Assembly (NCBI GenBank): GCA_023248265.1
Contig: JAHFEZ010000005.1
Span: 1-38,920 of the forward strand
Direction of reading: 5' to 3'
From: Deltaproteobacteria bacterium
GTDB lineage: Bacteria > Bdellovibrionota > JACOXK01 > 2-02-FULL-40-11
DNA length: 38,920 bases
In this document: piece by piece, positions 15,694-28,478 of the stretch
Numbering within the stretch: the first letter of the stretch is position 1
How the letters are laid out: each line of letters starts with the position of its first letter
The notes under the pieces: model-generated
Seen by the model: only the letters and a program-made list of their open reading frames with translations
Told to the model about the DNA's origin: nothing
Database searches by the model: none
Program-made: the position numbers and the translations under genes

Positions 15694-18245
15694 CCGAGAG
15701 CTTCATTTCCATTATTGGAGCCAAAGAGCATAACCTCAAAAACATTTATCTTAAAATTCCTAGACAAAAATTAGTTGTCATTACGGGAGTCAGTGGTTCT
15801 GGAAAATCTTCTTTGGCTTTTGATACGCTTTATGCTGAAGGACAACGACGCTATGTTGAATCTCTTTCAACCTATGCCCGTCAGTTTCTAGAGCTTATGG
15901 CAAAGCCCGATGTAGAATCTATCGACGGTCTTTCTCCTGCGATTGCCATCGAACAGCGTACGGCTTCTAAAAACCCCCGCTCTACGGTTGGAACCGTCAC
16001 AGAAATTTATGATTACTTGCGCCTTCTCTTTGCTCGTATTGGAAAAGCCCTGTGTCCTAATTGCCATAAAGAAATTTCCTCCCAGTCCATAGATCAAATG
16101 ATAGACCAAATTCTAAAACGTCCTGCTGGAGAAAAAATAAATATTTTAGCCCCCCTTGTTCGAAATCGAAAAGGAGAATATCAAAAAGAGCTCTATGATC
16201 TGCGGCAGCAAGGGTTTATTAAAGTTAAAATTGATGGGGAATCCTTTGATCTTTCTCAATCTATTCATTTAGACAAAAATAAAAAGCATTCGATAGATGT
16301 CACTGTGGATCGCCTGATTCTCAAAGAAAACATCCATGCACGTCTTTCTCAATCCCTTGAAACCGCACTTACTTTGGCAGACGGCCTTGTGAAAATAGAA
16401 TTTTTAGATGAACCAGGAGAATTGCTTTTAAGTTCTCGCTTTGCATGCCAGGAGTGTGGGGCCAGTCTTCCAGAACTCGAACCCCGTCTTTTTTCTTTCA
16501 ATAGTTCCTCTGGGGCATGCCAGGAGTGTGGGGGCCTTGGGTTTAAAGACATTACCTCCGAAGTAGAAAAAATATTAGAAAGCGGTACTCCCGAGGATCT
16601 AGAAGAAGTAGATTTTTTTCATGAGACGCCCTGCTCCAGTTGTCATGGAAGTCGTCTGAAAAAAGAAGCTTTAAGTATTAGAATCAAAGACAAAACTATT
16701 TTTGATCTCTGCCAACTTTCTTTATTTCAAGCCCTCGAATTTTTCAAAAGCTTGAATCTGGCACCGCGAGAATATTCTATTGCAGAGCGCATGCTTAAAG
16801 AAATTACAGAACGCCTTTCTTTTCTCATAAATGTAGGCGTGGGATATCTGGCCTTAGGTCGTCTTTCCGCAACTTTGTCTGGGGGAGAGGCCCAGCGGAT
16901 TCGGCTGGCCACCCAAATTGGTTCTGCATTAACCGGCGTCCTTTATATTTTAGACGAGCCTAGTATTGGCCTTCATCTCAAAGACAATCAAAAGCTTATT
17001 GCCGCGCTTAAGGCCCTTCGGGATCAAGGCAACACCATTTTAGTTGTAGAACACGATGAAGAAACCATTCGTTCTGCAGACCACATCATTGATATGGGGC
17101 CCGGGGCTGGCGTCCATGGGGGATCTCTTGTTTCCCAGGGAACGCTTTCGCACATCATGAAAGATCCCCTCTCTTTAACAGGAGCCTATCTGAATAAACA
17201 AAAATTTATTCCTATTCCCACCCGTCGTAGAAGGCCCACCCAGCTTTTCTTAGAATTAGATGAAGCCCAAGAAAATAATCTTAAAAATGTCTCCCTTAAA
17301 ATTCCTCTGGGGCTTTTCATTTGTGTCACCGGTGTTTCTGGGTCTGGAAAAAGCTCTCTCATTTTAGACACTCTCTATCGCGCCTTAGCCAACCATCTTT
17401 ATAAGGCCCATCTTAGGGTTGGAAAATATAAAAACTTACGCGGCATAGAACACATCGACTCTGTCATCGATATCGATCAATCTCCCATTGGACGAACTCC
17501 CCGATCTAATCCTGCCACCTATACGGGTATTTTTTCTCTGGTTAGAAATTTTTTTGCTGGGCTACCAGAATCCAAAGTGCGCGGTTATACCCCGGGGCGT
17601 TACTCTTTTAATGTGTCTGGGGGGCGCTGTGAATCGTGCGGGGGAGCAGGGCTTATTAAAATTGAAATGCATTTTTTGCCCAATGTATACGTACCATGCG
17701 ATCTTTGCCAAGGCCAAAGATACAACAGGGAAACCTTGGAAATTCGCTATAAAGAAAAAAATATTTCTGATGTTTTGTCCATGCCCATTGAAGAAGCCTT
17801 AGAATTTTTTAATCGTATTCCTCAAATTAAATCTAAACTGCAAACGTTGCTAGATGTTGGCATGGGCTATGTTCAGCTGGGACAACAAGCCACAACCCTT
17901 TCTGGAGGCGAAGCCCAGCGAATTAAGCTGGCACGTGAGTTGAGTAAAAGAAGTACAGGAAAAACGCTCTTCATTCTGGATGAGCCCACAACAGGCCTAC
18001 ATTTTGAAGATATTCAAAAACTTCTTAAAGTGCTCCATCAATTGGTGGAGCTTGGAAATACGGTTGTCGTCATCGAACACAACTTAGAAGTTATTAAGTC
18101 CAGCGACCACATTATAGATATGGGCCCCGAGGGCGGAGAAAAGGGTGGTTTTATTCTGGCTGAAGGTTCTCCAGAAGAACTGGCCCAACATCCTTCTTCT
18201 CTAACAGGACAATTTTTAAAAAACGTCTTAAATTTTCCCAGCTAA
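15690..18245 (+). CDS. uvrA: Excinuclease ABC subunit A (short form, 851 aa)
   Basis: Two GVSGSGKS Walker A motifs, two LSGGEAQRI signatures, EGQRRYVESLS, IGRTPRSNPATY, CxxC zinc motifs. Confidence 0.97.
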   Translation: MTESFISIIGAKEHNLKNIYLKIPRQKLVVITGVSGSGKSSLAFDTLYAEGQRRYVESLSTYARQFLELMAKPDVESIDGLSPAIAIEQRTASKNPRSTVGTVTEIYDYLRLLFARIGKALCPNCHKEISSQSIDQMIDQILKRPAGEKINILAPLVRNRKGEYQKELYDLRQQGFIKVKIDGESFDLSQSIHLDKNKKHSIDVTVDRLILKENIHARLSQSLETALTLADGLVKIEFLDEPGELLLSSRFACQECGASLPELEPRLFSFNSSSGACQECGGLGFKDITSEVEKILESGTPEDLEEVDFFHETPCSSCHGSRLKKEALSIRIKDKTIFDLCQLSLFQALEFFKSLNLAPREYSIAERMLKEITERLSFLINVGVGYLALGRLSATLSGGEAQRIRLATQIGSALTGVLYILDEPSIGLHLKDNQKLIAALKALRDQGNTILVVEHDEETIRSADHIIDMGPGAGVHGGSLVSQGTLSHIMKDPLSLTGAYLNKQKFIPIPTRRRRPTQLFLELDEAQENNLKNVSLKIPLGLFICVTGVSGSGKSSLILDTLYRALANHLYKAHLRVGKYKNLRGIEHIDSVIDIDQSPIGRTPRSNPATYTGIFSLVRNFFAGLPESKVRGYTPGRYSFNVSGGRCESCGGAGLIKIEMHFLPNVYVPCDLCQGQRYNRETLEIRYKEKNISDVLSMPIEEALEFFNRIPQIKSKLQTLLDVGMGYVQLGQQATTLSGGEAQRIKLARELSKRSTGKTLFILDEPTTGLHFEDIQKLLKVLHQLVELGNTVVVIEHNLEVIKSSDHIIDMGPEGGEKGGFILAEGSPEELAQHPSSLTGQFLKNVLNFPS
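16443..16533 (+). repeat. 19-nt exact direct repeat encoding two zinc knuckles of UvrA
   Basis: GCATGCCAGGAGTGTGGGG at 16443-16461 and 16515-16533, both encoding ACQECG. Confidence 0.9.
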
Positions 18246-18566
18246 CGTGAAGGCGATCACCAGAGCATAAATCACCAAAGATTCAATCAGCGCTAAACCA
18301 ATGATCATGGGAACAAAAATCTTATCTGATGCTCCTGGATTTCTTGCAATGCCTTCCAAGGCTGAGGCCGCGGCCCGTCCTTGACCTAAGGCTCCGCCAA
18401 AAGATGCCAGGCCAATCCCAATCCCTGCTGCCAGAGCCAAGGCTGCTTTCACAAATATATCTGCTTGTTGAGAAGGGGCCGCTCCATGTTCTTGGGCAAA
18501 TGCCAACGCTCCAAAAAGATTCGTCATTAAAAAGGCATATGCCATGAGTGTTATTTTTCGTATCAT
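18228..18566 (-). CDS. atpE: F0F1 ATP synthase subunit c with N-terminal signal-like extension
   Basis: GxGxGxG-type helix, ARNP loop, IESLVIY; RBS AAAGGAG. Confidence 0.96.
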   Translation of the reverse strand: MIRKITLMAYAFLMTNLFGALAFAQEHGAAPSQQADIFVKAALALAAGIGIGLASFGGALGQGRAAASALEGIARNPGASDKIFVPMIIGLALIESLVIYALVIAFTLAGKI

Positions 18567-18578
18567 ACTATTCTCCTT

Positions 18579-19274
18579 TCAGTGATCATGTGCTGTTGCT
18601 AACGAAATATATACCATCGATAGCAACGTAAAGACAAAAGCTTGAATGACTGAAACAAATAAACCTAAAAACAAAAATATAACAGGAACTCCAATCGGAA
18701 CCAGATGAGAAAAGATTCCCAACACCAAATGATCTCCAGAAATATTTCCAAAAAGACGAATGCTCAAAGAAGCAGGGCGCACCAAATGGCTAATAACTTC
18801 AATCACAACCATAATGGGCGCTAACCACCAAATAGGCCCCATAAAATGTTTAAGATAGGCTATCCCATGAGCCTTAAATCCTTGATAGTTATAAAAAATA
18901 AATACCGTTAACGCACACGCTGCATTCGTATTGAGATTATCTGTCGGAGGCAAAAATCCTGGGATAAGTCCCATGAGATTTGACAAAAGAATATAAATAA
19001 AAAGAGACGCCATAAGGGGGAAAAATCTCTTCCCATCGTGATGGCCCATCACAGACTCTGCCAAAGCTAAAAGTTTTTCAACAGCAACATCAAAAAGAGT
19101 CAGCAGTGAAAAATGCTCGTCTGGAATAAGATACGTGGCTCTCTTTTGAAGAGCTCTATTTACAAGCAAAGAAAGAAACGCAATGATAGAAAAAATCATG
19201 AGAGATCCCGCCACCCAATGCGGCAGGTGCTTTAGTCCAGGAATGAATTGAAACCAAGTAAAGCCGTGTTCCAT
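18579..19274 (-). CDS. atpB: F0F1 ATP synthase subunit a
   Basis: NLMGLIPG, PPTDNLN, SLSIRLFGNI (essential Arg), IQAFVFTLL. Confidence 0.97.
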   Translation of the reverse strand: MEHGFTWFQFIPGLKHLPHWVAGSLMIFSIIAFLSLLVNRALQKRATYLIPDEHFSLLTLFDVAVEKLLALAESVMGHHDGKRFFPLMASLFIYILLSNLMGLIPGFLPPTDNLNTNAACALTVFIFYNYQGFKAHGIAYLKHFMGPIWWLAPIMVVIEVISHLVRPASLSIRLFGNISGDHLVLGIFSHLVPIGVPVIFLFLGLFVSVIQAFVFTLLSMVYISLATAHDH

Positions 19275-19275
19275 C

Positions 19276-19644
19276 TTAAGATAAAAAAATATGTTTTAGT
19301 CCTAACATCATCATAGATATTACTAAGGTGGACATTCCTATCAATAAACCCCCCATATGTAAATTAAAATAAATGATAGAAAGCCCCACAGATACAAACA
19401 ATAACAAATACTTAAATACAAGCGCCATTCCTAATTTAAGTTTTCCAACCTGCCCAGATGATTGTTTTTGAAAAGCTTTTAAAATAACTTTTTTTAAGAC
19501 CCAAAAGTTAGCTGCAGCAATCAAAAAACCTATTAAAATTGAAAGGCTCAGCCTCCACGACATCCAATAAAGACTGACCAATAAAAGTCCCGCGCCCATC
19601 AGCCCATTTGTTTTTTCAATCCAAAGTAAATCTTGCTCTTTCAT
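19276..19644 (-). CDS. atpI: ATP synthase protein I
   Basis: 122 aa, four hydrophobic helices, directly upstream of atpB. Confidence 0.8.
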   Translation of the reverse strand: MKEQDLLWIEKTNGLMGAGLLLVSLYWMSWRLSLSILIGFLIAAANFWVLKKVILKAFQKQSSGQVGKLKLGMALVFKYLLLFVSVGLSIIYFNLHMGGLLIGMSTLVISMMMLGLKHIFLS

Positions 19645-19666
19645 CGTAATGCCTCTGTGACGGCTT

Positions 19667-19891
19667 TTATTTTAAAAATCTTTTGGTATCCACATAAAAT
19701 TTATAAATACCCATGCCAAACCCTAAAAGCGCTCCAAGCGCTACGCCCACATTGCCATGGCCCACTACTTTTCGATCCAAATAATCTCCAACTCCCATGC
19801 CCACAATAACAAAAATAACAATTTCTAAAACCAGAAACGTTACGGTAGCATATTTTCTAAAATATTGGGCCCTACGATCATCATCTTTCAT
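19667..19891 (-). CDS. atpZ: AtpZ/AtpI-family two-helix protein
   Basis: 74 aa, GMGVGDYLDRK and GALLGFGMG motifs; first gene of the F0 cluster. Confidence 0.8.
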   Translation of the reverse strand: MKDDDRRAQYFRKYATVTFLVLEIVIFVIVGMGVGDYLDRKVVGHGNVGVALGALLGFGMGIYKFYVDTKRFLK

Positions 19892-21213
19892 AGGAAATAA
19901 TGCCTCATGCTCTCTAAAACAATATCCAACTCTTTTTTGGAATGAGAAAGAGAAATAAAATTAGCCTCAAACTGAGAAGGGGGCAAATAAATTCCTTTTT
20001 GAAGCATGGCATGGAAAAAACGTGCGTAAGCTTGGGTATCTGAAAGCATCGCACTATAAAAATTTGTTACTTTTGAGGGATTAAAAAAGAGAGTAAACAT
20101 CCCCGTTGTCCAATTCAACTGACATGGGCTCTGGGCCTTTTGAAGAATATTTTGGAGCCTTTCACAAAAATAGGTTGTCTTTGCCTTTAGCCTTCCATAG
20201 GTTCCTCTTTGAAAAAGTTCTCGAAGAGTCGCCAATCCCGCAGCCATAGCCAAGGGGTTTCCTGAAAGCGTTCCTGCTTGATACACGCCTCCTTCGGGGG
20301 AAAGATGGTGCATAATATCTTTTCGTCCTCCATAGGCGCCCACCGGAAGTCCTCCACCTATAATTTTTCCAAGACAAGTTAGATCTGGGCTAATTCCATA
20401 TATTTTTTGGGCGCCGCCTAGGGCCACTCGAAAACCTGTAATCACTTCATCAAAAATTAAAAGAGCGCCTGAGTCCTGGCAAAACTTTTGAAGCTTTTGA
20501 AGAAAGTTTTTTTGAGGAAGCACTACCCCCATATTGGCTGCAATAGGCTCTACAATGACGGCTGCAATCTCTTTTCCTTCTTGGGAAAAAACTTCTTCTA
20601 ATTCCTCATCGTCGTTAAATTCTACCACTCTTGTTTTTTCTACAACTGCCAAAGGAATACCCTGGCTCGTTGGAACACCGAAGGTTGCACCCCCAGAACC
20701 TGCCTTGACCAATAAAGAATCCGTGTGACCATGATAACAGCCTGAAAATTTTAAAATCTTTTCCCTCTGTGTAAATCCTCTGGCCAATCGAATGGCGCTT
20801 TGCGTAGCTTCGGTACCAGAATTTACAAATCTTATTTTTTGGAGCGAAGGATATGCTTTTTGGAGCTCTCTGGCCAAAAGATATTCTGCCTTTGTGGGCG
20901 CCCCAAAACTTGTCCCCTGAGATGCGGCCTCGCAAATAGCCTTCACAATAGAAGGATGACTGTGGCCTAAAATAAGAGCTCCCCACGAATTTACAAAATC
21001 AATATAGCCACACCCATCTTCATCATAGAGCCTGGCCCCGCAGGCCCTTTTAATAATCGGTGGCGATCCCCCTACAGATCTGAAGGCCCTAACAGGACTA
21101 TTCACGCCCCCGACTAAAAGTGTTTGAGATTTTTTAAAGATCTCGTATGAGTTCTTTGGTGAGTTCTTTTGCGATTTTCTTTGAGACTTCTTTTGGGGCT
21201 TCTTAGACTTCAT
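19888..21213 (-). CDS. hemL: Glutamate-1-semialdehyde 2,1-aminomutase
   Basis: GGVNSPVRAF, VNSGTEA, FDEVITGFR, LGKIIGGGLPVGAYGG, YQAGTLSGNP. Start placed at ATG 21213; the track start at 21228 lies deeper inside gyrA. Confidence 0.96.
   Translation of the reverse strand: MKSKKPQKKSQRKSQKNSPKNSYEIFKKSQTLLVGGVNSPVRAFRSVGGSPPIIKRACGARLYDEDGCGYIDFVNSWGALILGHSHPSIVKAICEAASQGTSFGAPTKAEYLLARELQKAYPSLQKIRFVNSGTEATQSAIRLARGFTQREKILKFSGCYHGHTDSLLVKAGSGGATFGVPTSQGIPLAVVEKTRVVEFNDDEELEEVFSQEGKEIAAVIVEPIAANMGVVLPQKNFLQKLQKFCQDSGALLIFDEVITGFRVALGGAQKIYGISPDLTCLGKIIGGGLPVGAYGGRKDIMHHLSPEGGVYQAGTLSGNPLAMAAGLATLRELFQRGTYGRLKAKTTYFCERLQNILQKAQSPCQLNWTTGMFTLFFNPSKVTNFYSAMLSDTQAYARFFHAMLQKGIYLPPSQFEANFISLSHSKKELDIVLESMRHYFL
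21145..21204 (-). repeat. Degenerate 12-nt tandem repeat (x5) forming the HemL N-terminal extension
   Basis: AAGAAGCCCCAA/AAGAAGTCTCAA/AGAAAATCGCAA/AAGAACTCACCA/AAGAACTCATAC, encoding [20 protein letters not shown]. Confidence 0.8.
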
Positions 21214-23689
21214 CGTCCTGTTCAACAACAGGAGCTACGGCCACTACACGCTCGCCCTCTGAAAGATTAATCAGGCGCACACCTTGAGTATTTCGACCTA
21301 TGACAGAAATTCCCTTGGCTTGCATTCGGATCACTTGGCCCTGATCTGTGATAATCATTACATCCATTTCATCTTGGGCCTCGATCATGCCCACCACTCG
21401 ACCATTTCGATCTGTCGTTTTAATGGTAATGATTCCTTTTCCTGCTCGGGATTGAGAACGATACTCCTCAGCGTCTGTTCGTTTACCATATCCATTTTCC
21501 GTCACCGTTAAAATCTTTGCCTTGCTTTGAGGGGCCAAGACTTCCATCCCCACTACCAGATCTCCTTTTCCAAGCGTAATTCCTTTAACCCCTCGAGCGA
21601 TGCGTCCCGTGGAGCGAACTTGCGCCTCATGGAAACGAATAGATTGTCCCTCCGCCGTGGATAAGAAAATATCATGTTTTCCATCTGTCAGCTCTACAGA
21701 AATTAACACGTCTCCTTCGTCCACAGAAATGGCCCGAATACCCCCTGTACGAATATTGCTGTATTCCATCAGCTCTGTTTTTTTAACCACACCATTTCTC
21801 GTGGCCATCACCACAAATTTTCCTTCCTCAAATTTTTCTATAGGTAATATGGCTCTTACTTTTTCATTGGGCGCTAAATTTAAAAGGTTCACAATCGCCT
21901 TTCCTTTTGCTGCACGTCCTACCTCAGGAATTTCATGAACTCTCAGCCAATAGAGTTTTCCAAGGCTTGTAAAACAAAGTACGTAGCTGTGGGTGGTAGC
22001 GGTAAAAAGATTTTCAACAAAATCTTCTTCCCGCGTTTCCATTCCTTTGACTCCCTTGCCTCCTCTACGCTGTGCACGATAGGCATCCACGGGTAGACGC
22101 TTGACGTAGCCTGAGTGGGTAATGGTCACCACCACATCTTCTTTTTCAATTAAGTCTTCAAGCGAGACTTCTTCTGCGCGTGCAATAATCTTTGTTTTAC
22201 GTTTGTCTCCATGGGCCGTAGAGATTTCCTCGAGTTCTTTTTTAATAATTCCAAATACAAGCTTATCATCGGCCAAAATATCTTTCAGATCTTTAATGAG
22301 CTTTAACGTGTCTTTATGTTCTTGAATGATTTTATCTCTCTCTAGACCTGTTAGCCGCTGCAACTTTAAATCCAAAATAGCTTGAGCCTGGATTTCTGAA
22401 AGCTGATAGGCTTTTATCAAATTTTGTTTGGCAGCTTCGGGCTCTTTGGCTTTTTTAATCAGCGCAACCACTTCATCAATATTTTCTATCGCCACTTTTA
22501 GTCCCTCTAACACATGCGCTCTTTCTTGTGCTTTTCTCAAATCAAAGGCCGTTCTTCGAACCACCACTTCTTTTCTGTGGGCAATAAAAAGCTGAAGCAT
22601 TTCTTTGAGGTTTAAGATTTTAGGAACATAGTTATCCAATGACAGCATAATAATGCCAAAAGAAGATTGAAGCTGTGTGAGCTTAAAGAGTTGGTTCATT
22701 ACAACGCCTGCAATGCTTCCTTTTTTGAGATCAAAAACGATTCTCATGCCAGTTCTATCCGATTCATCTCGAATGTCTGAAATGGCTTCAATTTTTCGGT
22801 TTCGAACAAGGTCAGCTACGCCTTCAATAAGCCTTGCTTTATTGACCAGATAAGGCAACTCCGAAACAATAATGCTTTGTTTGTCGCCCTTTTTCTCCTC
22901 AATTTCAACCTTGGCCCGCATTTGAATAATGCCTCGCCCCTGGGTATAGGCTTCCTTAAGACCAGATTTTCCATAAATAAATCCTGCGGTTGGAAAATCG
23001 GGTCCTGGAATAATTTTTAAAAGCTCTTCAATTGGCGCATCGGGACGATCAATAAGCGTCATACATCCTTGAATTACTTCTGTGAGATTGTGGGGAGGAA
23101 TATTGGTGGCCATTCCAACCGCTATCCCAGAAGACCCATTGATCAAAAGATTTGGAATTTTAGAGGGAAATACCAGGGGTTCTTTTAAAGAACCATCGTA
23201 GTTGGGCCCAAAATCAACCGTTTCTTTTTCAAGATCGGCCAAAAGCTCTTCTGCAATCTTGGCCATCCGAACTTCGGTATAGCGCATGTGGGCGGCATTA
23301 TCGCCATCAATAGATCCAAAATTTCCTTGGCCATCGATCAAAGGATAGCGAAGCGAAAAGTCCTGCGCCATCCGAACAATAGTGCCATAGACCGCCGCAT
23401 CTCCATGGGGATGATATTTACCAATGATGTCTCCAACCACGCGCGCCGATTTTTTAAAGGGCTTGTTGTGATAATTGGCCAGATCATACATGGCGTACAA
23501 CGATCTTCGATGCACCGGCTTAAGTCCATCTCTCACGTCGGGCAATGCCCTTCCTACGATCACGCTCATGGCGTAATCAAGGTAGCTATTTTTCATCTCC
23601 TCATCAATCACCACAAAGGGAATAGATGCGGGAGGAGAAGTCGTTGGGGGCTTTGTTTCTTTTGACGGCGTTTCTTTTTCTTCAGACAT
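21203..23689 (-). CDS. gyrA: DNA gyrase subunit A
   Basis: [41 protein letters not shown] (catalytic Tyr137), GyrA-box QRRGGKG. Confidence 0.98.
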   Translation of the reverse strand: MSEEKETPSKETKPPTTSPPASIPFVVIDEEMKNSYLDYAMSVIVGRALPDVRDGLKPVHRRSLYAMYDLANYHNKPFKKSARVVGDIIGKYHPHGDAAVYGTIVRMAQDFSLRYPLIDGQGNFGSIDGDNAAHMRYTEVRMAKIAEELLADLEKETVDFGPNYDGSLKEPLVFPSKIPNLLINGSSGIAVGMATNIPPHNLTEVIQGCMTLIDRPDAPIEELLKIIPGPDFPTAGFIYGKSGLKEAYTQGRGIIQMRAKVEIEEKKGDKQSIIVSELPYLVNKARLIEGVADLVRNRKIEAISDIRDESDRTGMRIVFDLKKGSIAGVVMNQLFKLTQLQSSFGIIMLSLDNYVPKILNLKEMLQLFIAHRKEVVVRRTAFDLRKAQERAHVLEGLKVAIENIDEVVALIKKAKEPEAAKQNLIKAYQLSEIQAQAILDLKLQRLTGLERDKIIQEHKDTLKLIKDLKDILADDKLVFGIIKKELEEISTAHGDKRKTKIIARAEEVSLEDLIEKEDVVVTITHSGYVKRLPVDAYRAQRRGGKGVKGMETREEDFVENLFTATTHSYVLCFTSLGKLYWLRVHEIPEVGRAAKGKAIVNLLNLAPNEKVRAILPIEKFEEGKFVVMATRNGVVKKTELMEYSNIRTGGIRAISVDEGDVLISVELTDGKHDIFLSTAEGQSIRFHEAQVRSTGRIARGVKGITLGKGDLVVGMEVLAPQSKAKILTVTENGYGKRTDAEEYRSQSRAGKGIITIKTTDRNGRVVGMIEAQDEMDVMIITDQGQVIRMQAKGISVIGRNTQGVRLINLSEGERVVAVAPVVEQDDEV

Positions 23690-23695
23690 GTTTTT

Positions 23696-23723
23696 TTACC
23701 ATCATTACCATCGGTTACCATCG
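23696..23723 (-). repeat. Triplicated 9-mer at the fabH stop codon
   Basis: Minus strand reads CGATGGTAA-C-CGATGGTAA-TGATGGTAA; the first copy is the last three codons of fabH. Confidence 0.85.
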
Positions 23724-24713
23724 AACTAGGGCCGAGGCCCATGTAAATCCTGAGCCAAAGGCACTCAAGCACACAAGGTCATTTTTCTTAATTTTCCCCG
23801 CCGCCCAAGCTTCGCTCAGGGCCAAAGGAATAGAAGCGGCCGTTGTATTTCCATACTTTTGAATATTGTTAAAAGTTTTTTCTTCTGGAATTCTCATTTT
23901 TTCACACACATTTTGAACAATTCTTAGATTGGCTTGATGAAAAACAAAAAGACTTACCTCTTCTTTTTGAATATGATTATGTTCCAAGGCTTCTGTAATC
24001 ACTTCCTCAAATTTTTTAACCGCCGTTACAAAAACTGCGCGTCCATTCATTTTGGGATACCAGCTTCCTTCATCTACATGTTGATGCGTAATACGTGGAT
24101 GAGATCGAGAAGAAGGCGTTTCAATCCAAAGATCTTTGGCAAATCGCCCATCGGCATGAAGGTGAGTGGATAATACCCCTCGCTTTTCTGTTTCCGGCAG
24201 AGCCCCCAAAATAGCCACCGCCGCCCCATCTCCAAAGAGGACTGTCACGTCTCTTCCTCGGGTAGCAAACTCAATTCCCGTTGAATGAACTTCTGTTCCT
24301 ACCAAAAGAATTTTTTTATACATCCCTGTTTTAATATATTGGTCTGCAATAGAAAGCCCATAAATAAACCCTGTGCATTGCTGGCGGATATCTAGGGCTG
24401 GAATATTGGAGATCCCTAGTTTTTCTTGAAGAAAACAAGCGGTGCCTGGAAAAGTATACTCTGGGCTCAGGGTACCCAAAATAATAAATTCAATGTCTTG
24501 AATTTTTAATCCTGTTCTTTGAAGCGCCATTTGAGTGGCCTCATAAGACATTTCTACGTTTCCCATGCCCTCTTCGACATAGCGACGCTCCTGAATTCCC
24601 GTTCTTTGCAAAATCCATTCATCTGTGGTGTCCATTAATTTTTCAAGATCGTGATTGGTTACAACCTTGGGAGGCACATAATGTCCAAGCCCTAAAAACA
24701 CAGTTTTATTCAT
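23715..24713 (-). CDS. fabH: Beta-ketoacyl-ACP synthase III
   Basis: DTTDEWILQRTGIQERR, QQCTGF (Cys), LFGDGA, HQANLRI (His), YGNTTAASIP (Asn), FGSGFTW. Confidence 0.95.
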   Translation of the reverse strand: MNKTVFLGLGHYVPPKVVTNHDLEKLMDTTDEWILQRTGIQERRYVEEGMGNVEMSYEATQMALQRTGLKIQDIEFIILGTLSPEYTFPGTACFLQEKLGISNIPALDIRQQCTGFIYGLSIADQYIKTGMYKKILLVGTEVHSTGIEFATRGRDVTVLFGDGAAVAILGALPETEKRGVLSTHLHADGRFAKDLWIETPSSRSHPRITHQHVDEGSWYPKMNGRAVFVTAVKKFEEVITEALEHNHIQKEEVSLFVFHQANLRIVQNVCEKMRIPEEKTFNNIQKYGNTTAASIPLALSEAWAAGKIKKNDLVCLSAFGSGFTWASALVRW

Positions 24714-24716
24714 AGA

Positions 24717-28478
<3,762 letters not shown>

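Noticed and set aside
21214-21228. Longer hemL start given in the ORF track
   Set aside because: It overlaps gyrA by 26 nt; ATG 21213 is more parsimonious.
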